From Acidobacteriota bacterium (GTDB lineage Bacteria > Acidobacteriota > Blastocatellia > HR10): a stretch of 64,000 nucleotides of DNA. The notes under the pieces are model-generated. The model saw only the letters and a list, made by a program, of their open reading frames with translations, was not told the DNA's origin and ran no database searches. The DNA lies in assembly GCA_030550025.1 (NCBI GenBank), contig JAUQQC010000002.1, positions 262,058 through 326,057 on the forward strand. Reading direction: 5' to 3'. Both the position numbers and the translations under genes were made by a program. Position 1 is the stretch's first letter, and each line of letters begins with the position of its first letter. Positions 13,795-23,027 of the stretch are shown here, in pieces.

Positions 13795-15660
13795 ATGTGT
13801 GGGATCATCGGATATACCGGAACGCGCCCGGCCGTGGCTCTTCTGCTGGAAGGGCTGAAGCGATTGGAGTATCGAGGGTACGATTCGGCGGGGGTGGCTG
13901 TGGCCGATGCCGATGGACAGCTTGAGGTCTATCGAGTCCAGGGGCGGGTGGACCGGTTGGAAGAAGTATTACGCGGTCGCCTGGTGAGGGGGACTCATGG
14001 GATTGGGCATACGCGCTGGGCGACGCATGGGCGGCCGAACGAGGAGAATGCCCATCCGCATCGAGATTGCACGGGCCAAGTGGCCATTGTGCACAATGGC
14101 GTCATCGAGAACTATCTCCCCTTGCGGCGGGAGTTAGAAAGGCGGGGCCATCACTTCGCTTCGGAGACGGACACGGAGGTCATCGTTCATCTGGTCGAAG
14201 AGCAGCTTCGAGAGGTTCCGCTTCTTGAGGCCGTGCGTCGGGCGGCCGGGCGACTTCATGGGCTTTTCGCCGTGGCGCTGCTTTCGACCAAAGAGCCAGG
14301 AGTGATTGTGGCCTTGCGGCAGGGGGCGCCGCTTGTCGTGGGCGTAGGAGAGGGGGAGTGCTGGGTGGCTTCGGACATCCCGGCCCTTCTGCCCTTCACG
14401 CGGCGGATGCATATATTGGAAGATGGAGAGCTGGCGCTTCTGACGCCGCAAACGGTACGAGTGCTGGACGGCATGGGGCGAGAGCGCCCGCTGCGGGTGC
14501 AGCCGATTCTGTGGGATCCGATCTTGATCGAGCGAGGCGGCTATCGCCATTTCATGCTCAAGGAGATTCACGAGCAACCGCGCGCGGTGCGGGAGACGGT
14601 GAGCGCGTATGTAGATCCGGTGATCGGAGAAATCACTTTCGAGGGGGTGAGCGAAGAAACGTTCGAGCAGGTGGAAGAGATCGTCATCGTCGCCTGTGGC
14701 ACGAGCTTTCATGCCGGGTTGTTTGGGAAATACCTTCTCGAAGAAGCGGCGCGGATTCGGGTGGAGGTGGAACTGGCCAGCGAGTTTCGGTATCGGCGTC
14801 CGGTCTTGCGGGAGCGGGCGCTTCTTTTGGCCATCACGCAGTCTGGAGAGACGGCGGATACGTTGGGGGCGGTGCGAGAAGCGCGTGGGCAGGGAGTGCG
14901 GGTTCTAGCGCTGACGAACGTCTTCGGCTCGACGATCACGCGCGAGGCCGATGGGGTGATCTACACGCGGGCGGGGCCGGAGATTGGGGTGGCGGCGACC
15001 AAGACTTTCACGGCGCAGTTAGCCGTGTTGGTGCTTTTGGCGCTGAAGCTGGGGCGGGGACGAGGCACACTCTCGGCGGAGAGAGTTCGGTTCCTACTTG
15101 AAGAGCTGTATCGGTTGCCAATTCGAATGGAGCGCATGCTGGAGCGGACGCGAGAGGTCGAAGCCGCGGCCCGACGCTTCTCGGGAGCGAGGAATGCGCT
15201 CTATTTGGGACGCGGGGTGTTGTATCCGATCGCACTGGAGGGGGCCTTGAAGCTGAAGGAGCTGAGCTACATTCACGCGGAGGGATGTGCGGCCGGGGAG
15301 ATGAAGCATGGGGTGAATGCGCTACTGGAGGAGCAGGTGCCGGTTGTGGTGCTCGCGGCCTACGATCGGGGAGAGGAGTTGGGACGAGTACTCTATGAGA
15401 GGACGTTCACCAATCTGCTGGAGGTGCGAGCGCGGGGGGCGCCGGTGCTCGCCATCGTTCACGAGGCGGATGAGGAAGTCCTTCGGGCGTGTCGGGAGGA
15501 AGCGGGGGCAGAGGTACTGGCGATCCCTCCGGCTTCTCGATGGCTGACACCGCTTTTGGCGATTCTGCCCTTACAGCTTCTGGCTTATCAGATCGCCGTC
15601 CGACGTGGTTGTGATGTCGATCAGCCGCGGAATCTCGCTAAATCCGTGACCGTCGAATGA
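13795..15660 (+). CDS. glmS: Glutamine--fructose-6-phosphate aminotransferase (isomerizing)
   Basis: MCGIIGYTG N-terminal nucleophile Cys, two SIS domains, C-terminal ...KSVTVE; preceded by GGAAGAGAG. Confidence 0.95.
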   Translation: MCGIIGYTGTRPAVALLLEGLKRLEYRGYDSAGVAVADADGQLEVYRVQGRVDRLEEVLRGRLVRGTHGIGHTRWATHGRPNEENAHPHRDCTGQVAIVHNGVIENYLPLRRELERRGHHFASETDTEVIVHLVEEQLREVPLLEAVRRAAGRLHGLFAVALLSTKEPGVIVALRQGAPLVVGVGEGECWVASDIPALLPFTRRMHILEDGELALLTPQTVRVLDGMGRERPLRVQPILWDPILIERGGYRHFMLKEIHEQPRAVRETVSAYVDPVIGEITFEGVSEETFEQVEEIVIVACGTSFHAGLFGKYLLEEAARIRVEVELASEFRYRRPVLRERALLLAITQSGETADTLGAVREARGQGVRVLALTNVFGSTITREADGVIYTRAGPEIGVAATKTFTAQLAVLVLLALKLGRGRGTLSAERVRFLLEELYRLPIRMERMLERTREVEAAARRFSGARNALYLGRGVLYPIALEGALKLKELSYIHAEGCAAGEMKHGVNALLEEQVPVVVLAAYDRGEELGRVLYERTFTNLLEVRARGAPVLAIVHEADEEVLRACREEAGAEVLAIPPASRWLTPLLAILPLQLLAYQIAVRRGCDVDQPRNLAKSVTVE

Positions 15661-15738
15661 AGTGCTCCCGGCAGGAATCGAACCTGCGGCCTAGCGCTTA
15701 GGAGGCGCTCGCTCTATCCAACTGAGCTACGGGAGCAC
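15661..15738 (-). tRNA. tRNA-Arg (anticodon CCU)
   Basis: Minus-strand sequence GUGCUCCCGUAGCUCAGUUGGAUAGAGCG...stem AGCGC/GCGCU with loop CUCCUAA (anticodon CCU)...GGUUCGAUUCC T-arm; abuts the glmS stop; coordinates +/- 2 nt. Confidence 0.85.
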
Positions 15739-15740
15739 TG

Positions 15741-16262
15741 TCAAGAAGGGTATTTTAGCAAGGAGACGACGCGGTAGCCAGCTAACCGATCGCGCCCTTT
15801 CAAGAACTCCAGCTCGATGACAAACCCCACGCCAACGACCTGACCGCCGAGCTTCTCCACCAGCTCGATCGCTGCCTTCGCCGTGCCTCCCGTTGCCAAA
15901 AGATCATCAATGATCAGGACACGATGGCCCGGTTCGATGGCATCCTTATGAATCTCCAGACGGTCGGTTCCGTATTCGAGCGTGTAGGTCACGCTCTCGG
16001 TGGGGGCTGGAAGCTTGTTGGATTTGCGCATCGGGATGAAACCGGCTCCGAGCTTATAGGCGAGGGCCGGGGCAAAGATGAAACCGCGCGCCTCAATCCC
16101 GACGACGCGATCGACGCGCTCGCCGGCGAAAGCTTCCGAGAGCAGATCCACCGTCGTGCGGAACCCCTCCGGGTCTTTCAAAAGCGTCGTGATGTCATAA
16201 AAGAGGATGCCCGGCTTGGGGAAGTCCGGGATCTCTCGAATCAAACGTTTGAGTTTCTCCAT
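15741..16262 (-). CDS. apt: Adenine phosphoribosyltransferase
   Basis: Full-length match to Apt: [59 protein letters not shown]. Confidence 0.95.
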   Translation of the reverse strand: MEKLKRLIREIPDFPKPGILFYDITTLLKDPEGFRTTVDLLSEAFAGERVDRVVGIEARGFIFAPALAYKLGAGFIPMRKSNKLPAPTESVTYTLEYGTDRLEIHKDAIEPGHRVLIIDDLLATGGTAKAAIELVEKLGGQVVGVGFVIELEFLKGRDRLAGYRVVSLLKYPS

Positions 16263-16295
16263 GCACGTCGCTCCTTTGCCCCTGGAGAGGCCTTC

Positions 16296-16571
16296 TCAAT
16301 ATGCGACGCCAAAATGGCGGTAGCGGCCCGTCGGCTCCAAAACCTCTTCGACGACGTGAGTGACGCGAGCCGCGGCCGGGCCGCGTTGCAGCTCCTGCTT
16401 GAAGGCCTCCATAGCTTCGGGTTCGCCCTCGGCGACGACCTCCACGCGCCCATCGTACAGGTTGCGCACATAGCCGACGATCCCATGACGCTCGGCCGCG
16501 CGAAGGGCGAAGTACCGATAGCCCACACCTTGTACCATCCCACTGATCAAAAAGCGGCGCGCGATGCGCAT
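16296..16571 (-). CDS. acyP: Acylphosphatase
   Basis: 91 aa; VQGVGYRYF and GYVRNLYDGRVEVVAEG are the acylphosphatase signature motifs. Confidence 0.9.
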   Translation of the reverse strand: MRIARRFLISGMVQGVGYRYFALRAAERHGIVGYVRNLYDGRVEVVAEGEPEAMEAFKQELQRGPAAARVTHVVEEVLEPTGRYRHFGVAY

Positions 16572-16578
16572 AAGAAGC

Positions 16579-16656
16579 TGGTCGGGGCGAGTGGATTTGA
16601 ACCACCGACCTCACGGTCCCGAACCGTGCGCTCTCACCAGGCTGAGCTACGCCCCG
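16579..16656 (-). tRNA. tRNA-Pro (anticodon CGG)
   Basis: Minus-strand CGGGGCGUAGCUCAGCCUGGUGAGAGCG, anticodon stem CACGG/CCGUG with loop UUCGGGA (CGG), T-arm GGUUCAAAUCC, encoded 3' CCA; coordinates +/- 2 nt. Confidence 0.85.
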
Positions 16657-16756
16657 AAAGCAGGTTCAAAATCATACGCCCTATCTCCGCGGGTTGTCAA
16701 CCGCGCCTTCCCTCAATGGTCTCCGGATCAACGGGCGAAGTGGGGATCAGCTTCAG

Positions 16757-16785
16757 CTTGACGAAGCTTTCCGCTTCGTCTATAT
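16757..16785 (+). promoter_or_regulatory. Candidate sigma70-type promoter (TTGACG-17-TATATT) with an 8-bp inverted repeat GACGAAGC/GCTTCGTC embedded in the spacer
   Basis: Sequence cTTGACGAAGCtttccGCTTCGTCTATATTccc read directly; lies ~160 nt upstream of the beta-helix protein ATG. Confidence 0.4.
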
Positions 16786-16945
16786 TCCCTATCAGCGACC
16801 ATGGCGCATGCTCTTTGAGAAGTCGTCCTCGGTGCGGGGTTATCGTCCGCATTCGGGTGCTGGTTCGAGCGAATCATCGGGCTGTCGGCGCGTGCGGGCG
16901 CCTGTGCGCTGACGAGCGAATCTTTCGGAAAGGAGGTGGACGATC

Positions 16946-18160
16946 ATGCGGTCGAACGGGTTCATGTGGCTCATGACGATCGGAATTCTCGGAGGGATCG
17001 TTCTTGCGGATCTCGCCTTCCCGCAGGGAACGGGCCGCGTCTTCAATCCGCGTCTGCGGCGAGCGTACCTGACGGTCAATGAAGCGCTGGTGGAGTCGCG
17101 CAGTGGCGACACGTTGTTGGTCATTGGGCGAGTCGAGGGCGCCGTGGACCTTTCCTTGGCTCCTGGGGGAGTTACCCTCCTCGGGAAAGCGAATGGGGGG
17201 ATTCCGGCGGTCCTCTCGGTGGAGGGATGTCCGCCGAATGGGGCCGTCATTGATGCGCGGGGTCGGCAGGGCCGTGTCCAAATCATCGGACTCAATGTCG
17301 AGGTCCCTCCGGGATGTTACGGCATCCTCTCCGGCGATAGTGGACGTCCTTTGACGGTGAGGAATTGCCGATTCGTTGGGCGCGACCGCTCGGCGCTCTT
17401 CTCCGGCATCGCTTTGGTGAACGAATTCGGAGGGCCATTCCTCATCCAGGGGAACCAGATCACGAATCAACTGGTGAGCGCTGCCATTCTCATTGATGGT
17501 CGAAGCGCTTCGTCCTTGCAGGTGATCGTGCGAGGGAATCGCATTGGAAGCGATGTGACGGCCGGGATCATCGTCTCGGACATCCCGTCGGGAAGCTCGG
17601 TCGTGATCGAGCGGAATATCTTGGAAGGGGGAGACCTTGGAAGAGGCGCCATTGGTATCTTGCTCAATCCGGGGAGTCATGGCGTGATCGTGCAGCGCAA
17701 TACGATCCTGAACTTCGGAACGGGGATTGTCGTGGATGGATCGCCGGGGACGAAGATCCTGGCCAACCATCTTCAGGATAATGGGGTCGGGATCGCCGTG
17801 GATACGACGACGGCGACAAGCGGAGTGACGCCGGTGATCAACGACAATAACATCACGTGCACGAGTCTCGGCGCCTGTCGGGCGGCCGGGGCCGTGGGAC
17901 TCAGCTTCGTCCAAGGGACCTATACGCTGGATGCGCGGAACAACTATTGGGGAACGAGCACGGGGCCGGATTCGGCCGAAGACCCTGCTCCGGGCAATAC
18001 GACGTGTCCCGAGGCCACGGGATCGAATTGCACGGGACCGGCCGGAGGAGGAACGGGCTTGCCCATTAATGCCACTGGCGTGGATTGTTCGGTCTCCGGG
18101 AGCGGATCGGTGAGGACGTGTCCGATCCGAACGGCGCCGAATCGGCTCGCGGGAGCGTGA
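16946..18160 (+). CDS. Secreted/anchored right-handed parallel beta-helix repeat protein
   Basis: N-terminal hydrophobic segment; repeated G/N/I/V-rich units (NRIGSD, IERNILEGG, VQRNTILNFGTGIVVDG, ANHLQDNGVGIAVD) typical of PbH1 beta-helix; Cys/Gly/Thr-rich C-terminus; RBS AAAGGAGGTGG. Confidence 0.6.
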   Translation: MRSNGFMWLMTIGILGGIVLADLAFPQGTGRVFNPRLRRAYLTVNEALVESRSGDTLLVIGRVEGAVDLSLAPGGVTLLGKANGGIPAVLSVEGCPPNGAVIDARGRQGRVQIIGLNVEVPPGCYGILSGDSGRPLTVRNCRFVGRDRSALFSGIALVNEFGGPFLIQGNQITNQLVSAAILIDGRSASSLQVIVRGNRIGSDVTAGIIVSDIPSGSSVVIERNILEGGDLGRGAIGILLNPGSHGVIVQRNTILNFGTGIVVDGSPGTKILANHLQDNGVGIAVDTTTATSGVTPVINDNNITCTSLGACRAAGAVGLSFVQGTYTLDARNNYWGTSTGPDSAEDPAPGNTTCPEATGSNCTGPAGGGTGLPINATGVDCSVSGSGSVRTCPIRTAPNRLAGA

Positions 18161-18193
18161 GCCTTCCTCCGATGTGAGGATGAGCGGCCTCTG

Positions 18194-19447
18194 ATGCGAC
18201 GTGGAGAGACTTTGCCGGGGGACGGCGAGCTTTGGCGAAACACGAGACGAACGGCTCTCGCATTGGCTTTCGTCCTAGTGGGGCCGTCCCTTGGCCAGGT
18301 GCAGAAGTACGCGGGGCTGTGGGGACTGCTTCTGTATATCCTCTTGGTCTTCGGATTTTGGATCTCTGCGCCTCGATTCCTTCGCCAACTGAGGGCTGTC
18401 GGATCGGAACGTTGGGCCTATGGGTTCGCCATTGTGGCGGGATTGGGGCTGCTGCTGCTTTTCCACATCCTCTATCCCTTGGCTAACTCGGGGATCGTGG
18501 GCGGAGGCAGCGATCGAGACGAAGCATTGAATCTCGGTGCCCGCGAGTTGCTTCAGGGGCGATGCCCCTATCACGTCACGACCTATTTGGGGAATCCGAT
18601 CGCTCCGCTTCCGGGAGGGGTGGTGCTCTCGCTCCCTTTTGTCGCGCTGGGAAATAGCGCCTACCAGAACTTCTTCTGGCTCGCCATCTTTTTCCTCCTC
18701 GCCCGGCGGATCCTGCGCGAGGCCTGGCGCGCGCTTCTTCTCCTCTGGAGCCTCTTTGCGTTCTCACCCGTGCTCTGGCAGCAGATCATCACGGGCAGCG
18801 ATCTCCCGGCCAATAGCATTGTCGTCTTGACGTTCTCCTGGCTTGTGATCCGTGCTCCCGGGAAGTGGAAACTCGCGGCGGCGCTCTTGCTGGGGGTGGG
18901 TTTGGCCTGGCGGACGAATTTCCTGCTCCTTCTGCCGCTTTTGTTCGCGCTCCTTTGGCAAGAGGTTGGAGGGAGGGCGGCGCTCGGGCTCATGGGGCTT
19001 GTCGCCGGAGCCTTTGGGAGCCTTGTGCTGCCTTTCGCGCTGCACGCTCCGCATGGAATTTCTCCATTCCTGGAGCAAAACAAGTTCGCTCGCTTCGACG
19101 ATCTTGTGCCTCATGCGAGTCTTCTTGTTCCTCTGGCAGCAGGGGGGTATGCGCTCGTCAGCTCTCGCGCGAGCGCGGATGTGAGCGCCTTCTTCCGAAA
19201 GAGCGCGCTGGTGCTCGCGTTCCCCATCGTGTGCGGTCTCATCCTCGCGACGCTTCAGGCCGGGCGGCTCGATCTGCATCTGACCGATTATGGGGTGAGT
19301 TTCTTATTCTTCGGGGGGCTCTCCTGCTGGGCATCACTCCTTCGTGCGCTTCCTGAGAGAGGAGGCGTCCTCATTGCGAGTCCTCTCTTCGCTCGGCGAG
19401 TTACGCGTGAGAGGAGTGTGCGCCACGCGACTCGGCCAAGCGTTTGA
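18194..19447 (+). CDS. Polytopic membrane protein, DUF2029/GT-C-like (putative glycosyltransferase)
   Basis: 417 aa, >10 TM segments; loop motif GSDRDEALNLGARELLQGRCPY resembles the conserved Asp-rich/NPY-type loop of DUF2029 (GT87-like) proteins; weak assignment. Confidence 0.45.
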   Translation: MRRGETLPGDGELWRNTRRTALALAFVLVGPSLGQVQKYAGLWGLLLYILLVFGFWISAPRFLRQLRAVGSERWAYGFAIVAGLGLLLLFHILYPLANSGIVGGGSDRDEALNLGARELLQGRCPYHVTTYLGNPIAPLPGGVVLSLPFVALGNSAYQNFFWLAIFFLLARRILREAWRALLLLWSLFAFSPVLWQQIITGSDLPANSIVVLTFSWLVIRAPGKWKLAAALLLGVGLAWRTNFLLLLPLLFALLWQEVGGRAALGLMGLVAGAFGSLVLPFALHAPHGISPFLEQNKFARFDDLVPHASLLVPLAAGGYALVSSRASADVSAFFRKSALVLAFPIVCGLILATLQAGRLDLHLTDYGVSFLFFGGLSCWASLLRALPERGGVLIASPLFARRVTRERSVRHATRPSV

Positions 19448-19507
19448 CATGCTCCTTGGCGCTGCCCTACCATTTACACTCCGAGTTGCAGGAGAGGGGG
19501 GGGACGT

Positions 19508-21187
19508 ATGACGACGAGGGAGATGACAAGCCACTTGGAAGAAGCCCTCAGCCGATGGGAGGAACAAACGCTTCGCCCCACGCTCGCGCGCCTGCCGGAG
19601 CGCGCGGCCGAGTTCACGACGACATCGCTTCGACCGATCAAGCGCTTGTATACCCCACTCGACGTTCAGCATCTCGACTTCGAGCGAGACATTGGCTTCC
19701 CGGGCGAGTATCCGTTCACACGCGGCATTCACCCAACGATGTATCGTGGGAAGCTCTGGACGATGCGACAGTTCGCTGGATTTGGCACGGCCTTCGACAC
19801 GAACAAGCGATTCAAGTATCTCCTGGAGCAAGGGCAGACGGGCCTCTCGGTCGCTTTCGACCTGCCGACGCTCATGGGCTTGGACTCGGATCATCCGCTC
19901 GCGGAGGGCGAAGTGGGGAAGTGCGGCGTAGCCGTCTCCAGTCTCGAAGATATGGAGGTCTTATTCGACGGCATTCCGCTGGAAGACGTGACGACCTCGA
20001 TGACGATCAATGCGCCGGCGGCCGTCATCTTCGCCATGTATCTGGTGGTCGCCGAGAAACAGGGGGCTGATTGGAAGAAGATTTCCGGGACGATTCAAAA
20101 CGACATCCTGAAGGAGTACATCGCGCAGAAGGAATGGATTTATCCTCCGGCGCCCTCGATGCGCCTGATCGTGGATACGATCGCCTTTTGCACGCGAGAA
20201 GTGCCGCGTTGGCATCCCATCTCGATCTCGGGCTATCACATTCGCGAGGCGGGGGCGACGGCCTTGCAGGAGCTGGCGTTCACCTTGCGGGATGGGATCG
20301 AATATGTTGAGTGGTGTGTGCGCGCCGGTCTCGATGTGGATGCGTTCGCACCGCGCCTCTCGTTCTTCTTCAACTGCCATAATGACTTCTTCGAGGAGAT
20401 CGCGAAGTTTCGAGCGGCGCGGAAGGTTTGGGCGCGGGTCATGCGCGAGCGATTCGGCGCGCGCGATCCGCGCTCCTGGATGTGTCGCTTCCACACGCAG
20501 ACGGCCGGGTGCAGCTTGACGGCGCAGCAGCCGTACAACAATGTCGTGCGCACGACGATCCAGGCGCTCGCTGCCGTGCTCGGCGGGACGCAGAGCCTCC
20601 ACACGAACGCTCTGGATGAGGCGCTCGCCCTGCCGACGGAATTCACGGCCATGCTTGCGCTTCGCACGCAGCAGATCATCGCGCATGAATCGGGTGTCGT
20701 GAACACGGTGGATCCGTTGGCCGGGAGCTATTTCGTCGAGGCTTTGACCAACGAGATGGAGCAAGGGTGCTACGAATACTTTGAGAAGATCGACGCCATG
20801 GGGGGGATGATCGCGGCCATCGAGCGTGGTTTCCCGCAGAAGGAGATTCAGGAGGCGGCCTATCGGTACCAGCAGGCCGTGGATCGGCGGGAGAAGATCA
20901 TCGTTGGCGTCAACGAATACGTCTTGGAGAAGGAGCCGATTGAGGTCCCCATTCTCTACATTGATGAATCGGTCGCGGAGATTCAGAAGGAGCGGTTGCG
21001 GCGCTTGCGCGCGCAGCGCGACAATACGAGAGTACGACGCACGCTAGAGGCTTTGAAGGAAGCCGCGCGCGGCACCGAGAATACGATGCCGTACATCCTC
21101 GAATGCGTGCGCGCCTATGCGACGCTCGGGGAGATCTGCGACGCCCTGAAGGAGGTCTTCGGGGAGTATCAAGAGCCGCCGTTTTGA
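19508..21187 (+). CDS. Methylmalonyl-CoA mutase, large (catalytic) subunit
   Basis: [75 protein letters not shown] are canonical MCM N-terminal-domain motifs. Confidence 0.9.
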   Translation: MTTREMTSHLEEALSRWEEQTLRPTLARLPERAAEFTTTSLRPIKRLYTPLDVQHLDFERDIGFPGEYPFTRGIHPTMYRGKLWTMRQFAGFGTAFDTNKRFKYLLEQGQTGLSVAFDLPTLMGLDSDHPLAEGEVGKCGVAVSSLEDMEVLFDGIPLEDVTTSMTINAPAAVIFAMYLVVAEKQGADWKKISGTIQNDILKEYIAQKEWIYPPAPSMRLIVDTIAFCTREVPRWHPISISGYHIREAGATALQELAFTLRDGIEYVEWCVRAGLDVDAFAPRLSFFFNCHNDFFEEIAKFRAARKVWARVMRERFGARDPRSWMCRFHTQTAGCSLTAQQPYNNVVRTTIQALAAVLGGTQSLHTNALDEALALPTEFTAMLALRTQQIIAHESGVVNTVDPLAGSYFVEALTNEMEQGCYEYFEKIDAMGGMIAAIERGFPQKEIQEAAYRYQQAVDRREKIIVGVNEYVLEKEPIEVPILYIDESVAEIQKERLRRLRAQRDNTRVRRTLEALKEAARGTENTMPYILECVRAYATLGEICDALKEVFGEYQEPPF

Positions 21188-21222
21188 TCGCGGATCCTTC
21201 CTGGGCGACCTCACGGCGAGCT

Positions 21223-21639
21223 ATGGGAGAGCGTAAGATTCGCGTGCTCATCGCCAAGCCCGGCTTGGACGGGCATGACCGAGGCGCGAAAGTCGTCGCG
21301 CGGGCCCTGCGCGATGCGGGCATGGAGGTGATCTACACGGGGCTTCGACAAACGCCGGAGCAGATCGTCACGGCAGCGCTTCAGGAGGACGTGGATGTCA
21401 TTGGCCTCTCCATCCTCTCCGGAGCTCACATGACGCTTGTCCCGCGCGTGATGCAACTCCTTCAGGAGAAGGGGCTTCAGGACGTCGTCGTCTTCGTGGG
21501 CGGGATCATCCCACAGGAAGACATCCCGAAGCTGAAGGCCTTGGGCGTAGCCGAAGTCTTCCTGCCGGGGACGCTGCTGGAGCAGATCGTGCACGTGGTG
21601 CGGCAGAGCGTGAAGCGGTCGCTGCAGACGTCGGAATGA
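21223..21639 (+). CDS. Methylmalonyl-CoA mutase, small cobalamin-binding subunit
   Basis: [44 protein letters not shown] (DxHxxG B12-binding motif) ...[15 protein letters not shown]; start at M41 of ORF 21103. Confidence 0.9.
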   Translation: MGERKIRVLIAKPGLDGHDRGAKVVARALRDAGMEVIYTGLRQTPEQIVTAALQEDVDVIGLSILSGAHMTLVPRVMQLLQEKGLQDVVVFVGGIIPQEDIPKLKALGVAEVFLPGTLLEQIVHVVRQSVKRSLQTSE

Positions 21640-21742
21640 GCGCACTTGAGGGATTCGCGCGCCAATGAGCGCTCGGTCAGTGAGCGTCCCCTTACGCTTG
21701 GGGGGTGAGCGCTGCTTTCGCTCTTCCGAAGGGAGGGTGACG

Positions 21743-21832
21743 ATGACGGATATTCTCGTGGTCGTCCTTTTTGCAGTCGGCTATGGGCTCCTCATGCGGT
21801 ACGTTCTTCCCCGGCTCGGCGTGCCGACGTGA
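21743..21832 (+). CDS. Candidate 29-aa hydrophobic small protein MTDILVVVLFAVGYGLLMRYVLPRLGVPT (not in the ORF track)
   Basis: ATG preceded by GAAGGGAGGGTGACG; single predicted TM helix; sits in a 265-nt gap between the mutase small subunit and nfo; coordinates +/- 1 nt. Confidence 0.3.
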   Translation: MTDILVVVLFAVGYGLLMRYVLPRLGVPT

Positions 21833-21904
21833 CTCTCGCGCACCGTGTGCGCCGAGGATCGGCCGTCGCGTGAGGCGGGGAAGTCACCGGAGAAGCGATA
21901 GGGC

Positions 21905-22774
21905 ATGTCGGCATCCGGAGATGACGTCCGCATCGGCATTCATGCTTCGATCTCGGGAGAACTACCCAATGCGTTGCGGGAAGCGGCCGGGTTGGGGTGC
22001 CGGACCGTGCAGCTCTTCTCGCGTAATCCTCGCGGGTGGGAAGCGCGCGCGCTCGAAGTGGCGGAGATTCGCGCCTTTCGCCGCGAACGCGAGCGACTCG
22101 GGCTGGATCCCGTCATCATTCACGCCCCTTATCTTCTTAACCTCGCGGCGGCGACCCCCCAAGTGAGGGAGCGGTCCATTCGGGCTCTTCGGCAAGAGAT
22201 CAAGCGCGCTCTTCAATTGGGTGCCGATTATCTCGTCCTCCATCCGGGGAGCACTCTCGGTCGCTCCATCGAGGATGGGATTCGCGCGTGCGCGCGCGCC
22301 ATCCGGCGGGCGGTGTGGGACGCGGCCGTGGATTCGCTCTGCCTCTTGCTAGAGAACACGGCCGGTCAGGGGCATCAGATCGGATGGCGGTTCGAACATC
22401 TGGCGGCGCTTCTCGAAGAGGTGGGAGAACTCCCGGTTGGGATCTGTCTGGACACGGCGCATGCGTTCGCCGCCGGGTATGATCTGGCGACCGAAGCGGG
22501 ATTCGCCGAAATGCTCGCCCAGTTGCGAGCGACCGTGGGCTTGGAGCGCGTGCGCGTCCTCCATCTCAACGATACGCGCGTGGCGTGCGGAGGGCGTGTG
22601 GATCGGCATTGGCATATCGGCGAGGGGAATCTCGGTGCGGAGGCGCTACGTCGAATCCTCACGAGCGCCGCTTTCCGCGGATGCCCGTTCATCCTCGAAA
22701 CGCCAAGGAAGACCGTGGAGGACGATCGTCGGAATCTCGCGCGCGTCCGCGCCTGGGTTGCTCCCAATGGATGA
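21905..22774 (+). CDS. nfo: Deoxyribonuclease IV (apurinic/apyrimidinic endonuclease IV)
   Basis: IGIHASISG, VIIHAPYLLNLAA, LVLHPGS, VRVLHLNDTRVACGGRVDRHWHIGEG, ILETP are Nfo/AP-endonuclease family 2 motifs. Confidence 0.9.
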   Translation: MSASGDDVRIGIHASISGELPNALREAAGLGCRTVQLFSRNPRGWEARALEVAEIRAFRRERERLGLDPVIIHAPYLLNLAAATPQVRERSIRALRQEIKRALQLGADYLVLHPGSTLGRSIEDGIRACARAIRRAVWDAAVDSLCLLLENTAGQGHQIGWRFEHLAALLEEVGELPVGICLDTAHAFAAGYDLATEAGFAEMLAQLRATVGLERVRVLHLNDTRVACGGRVDRHWHIGEGNLGAEALRRILTSAAFRGCPFILETPRKTVEDDRRNLARVRAWVAPNG

Positions 22775-23027
22775 ATATGCTAGTCTATCGCGCGAATCCG
22801 ATGGACGGTGAGGGAAGTGCGAGCACGGTGAGCGCTCAGGCGGATGGGATCACGTGAGGCGCAAAGCCCGCACATGGCGATCATTCATCTCCCCTTCGGC
22901 ATTAAATGGAGGACATCCCTTCGTGCCGAGGAGATGCGATCTCGTCCTTCGCGGGGCGATCGAGATGAAACTCTATCGCCTCTCGGAGCGTAGCTTTTGG
23001 CATGACGATCAAGAAGGGGGAAGGCGT

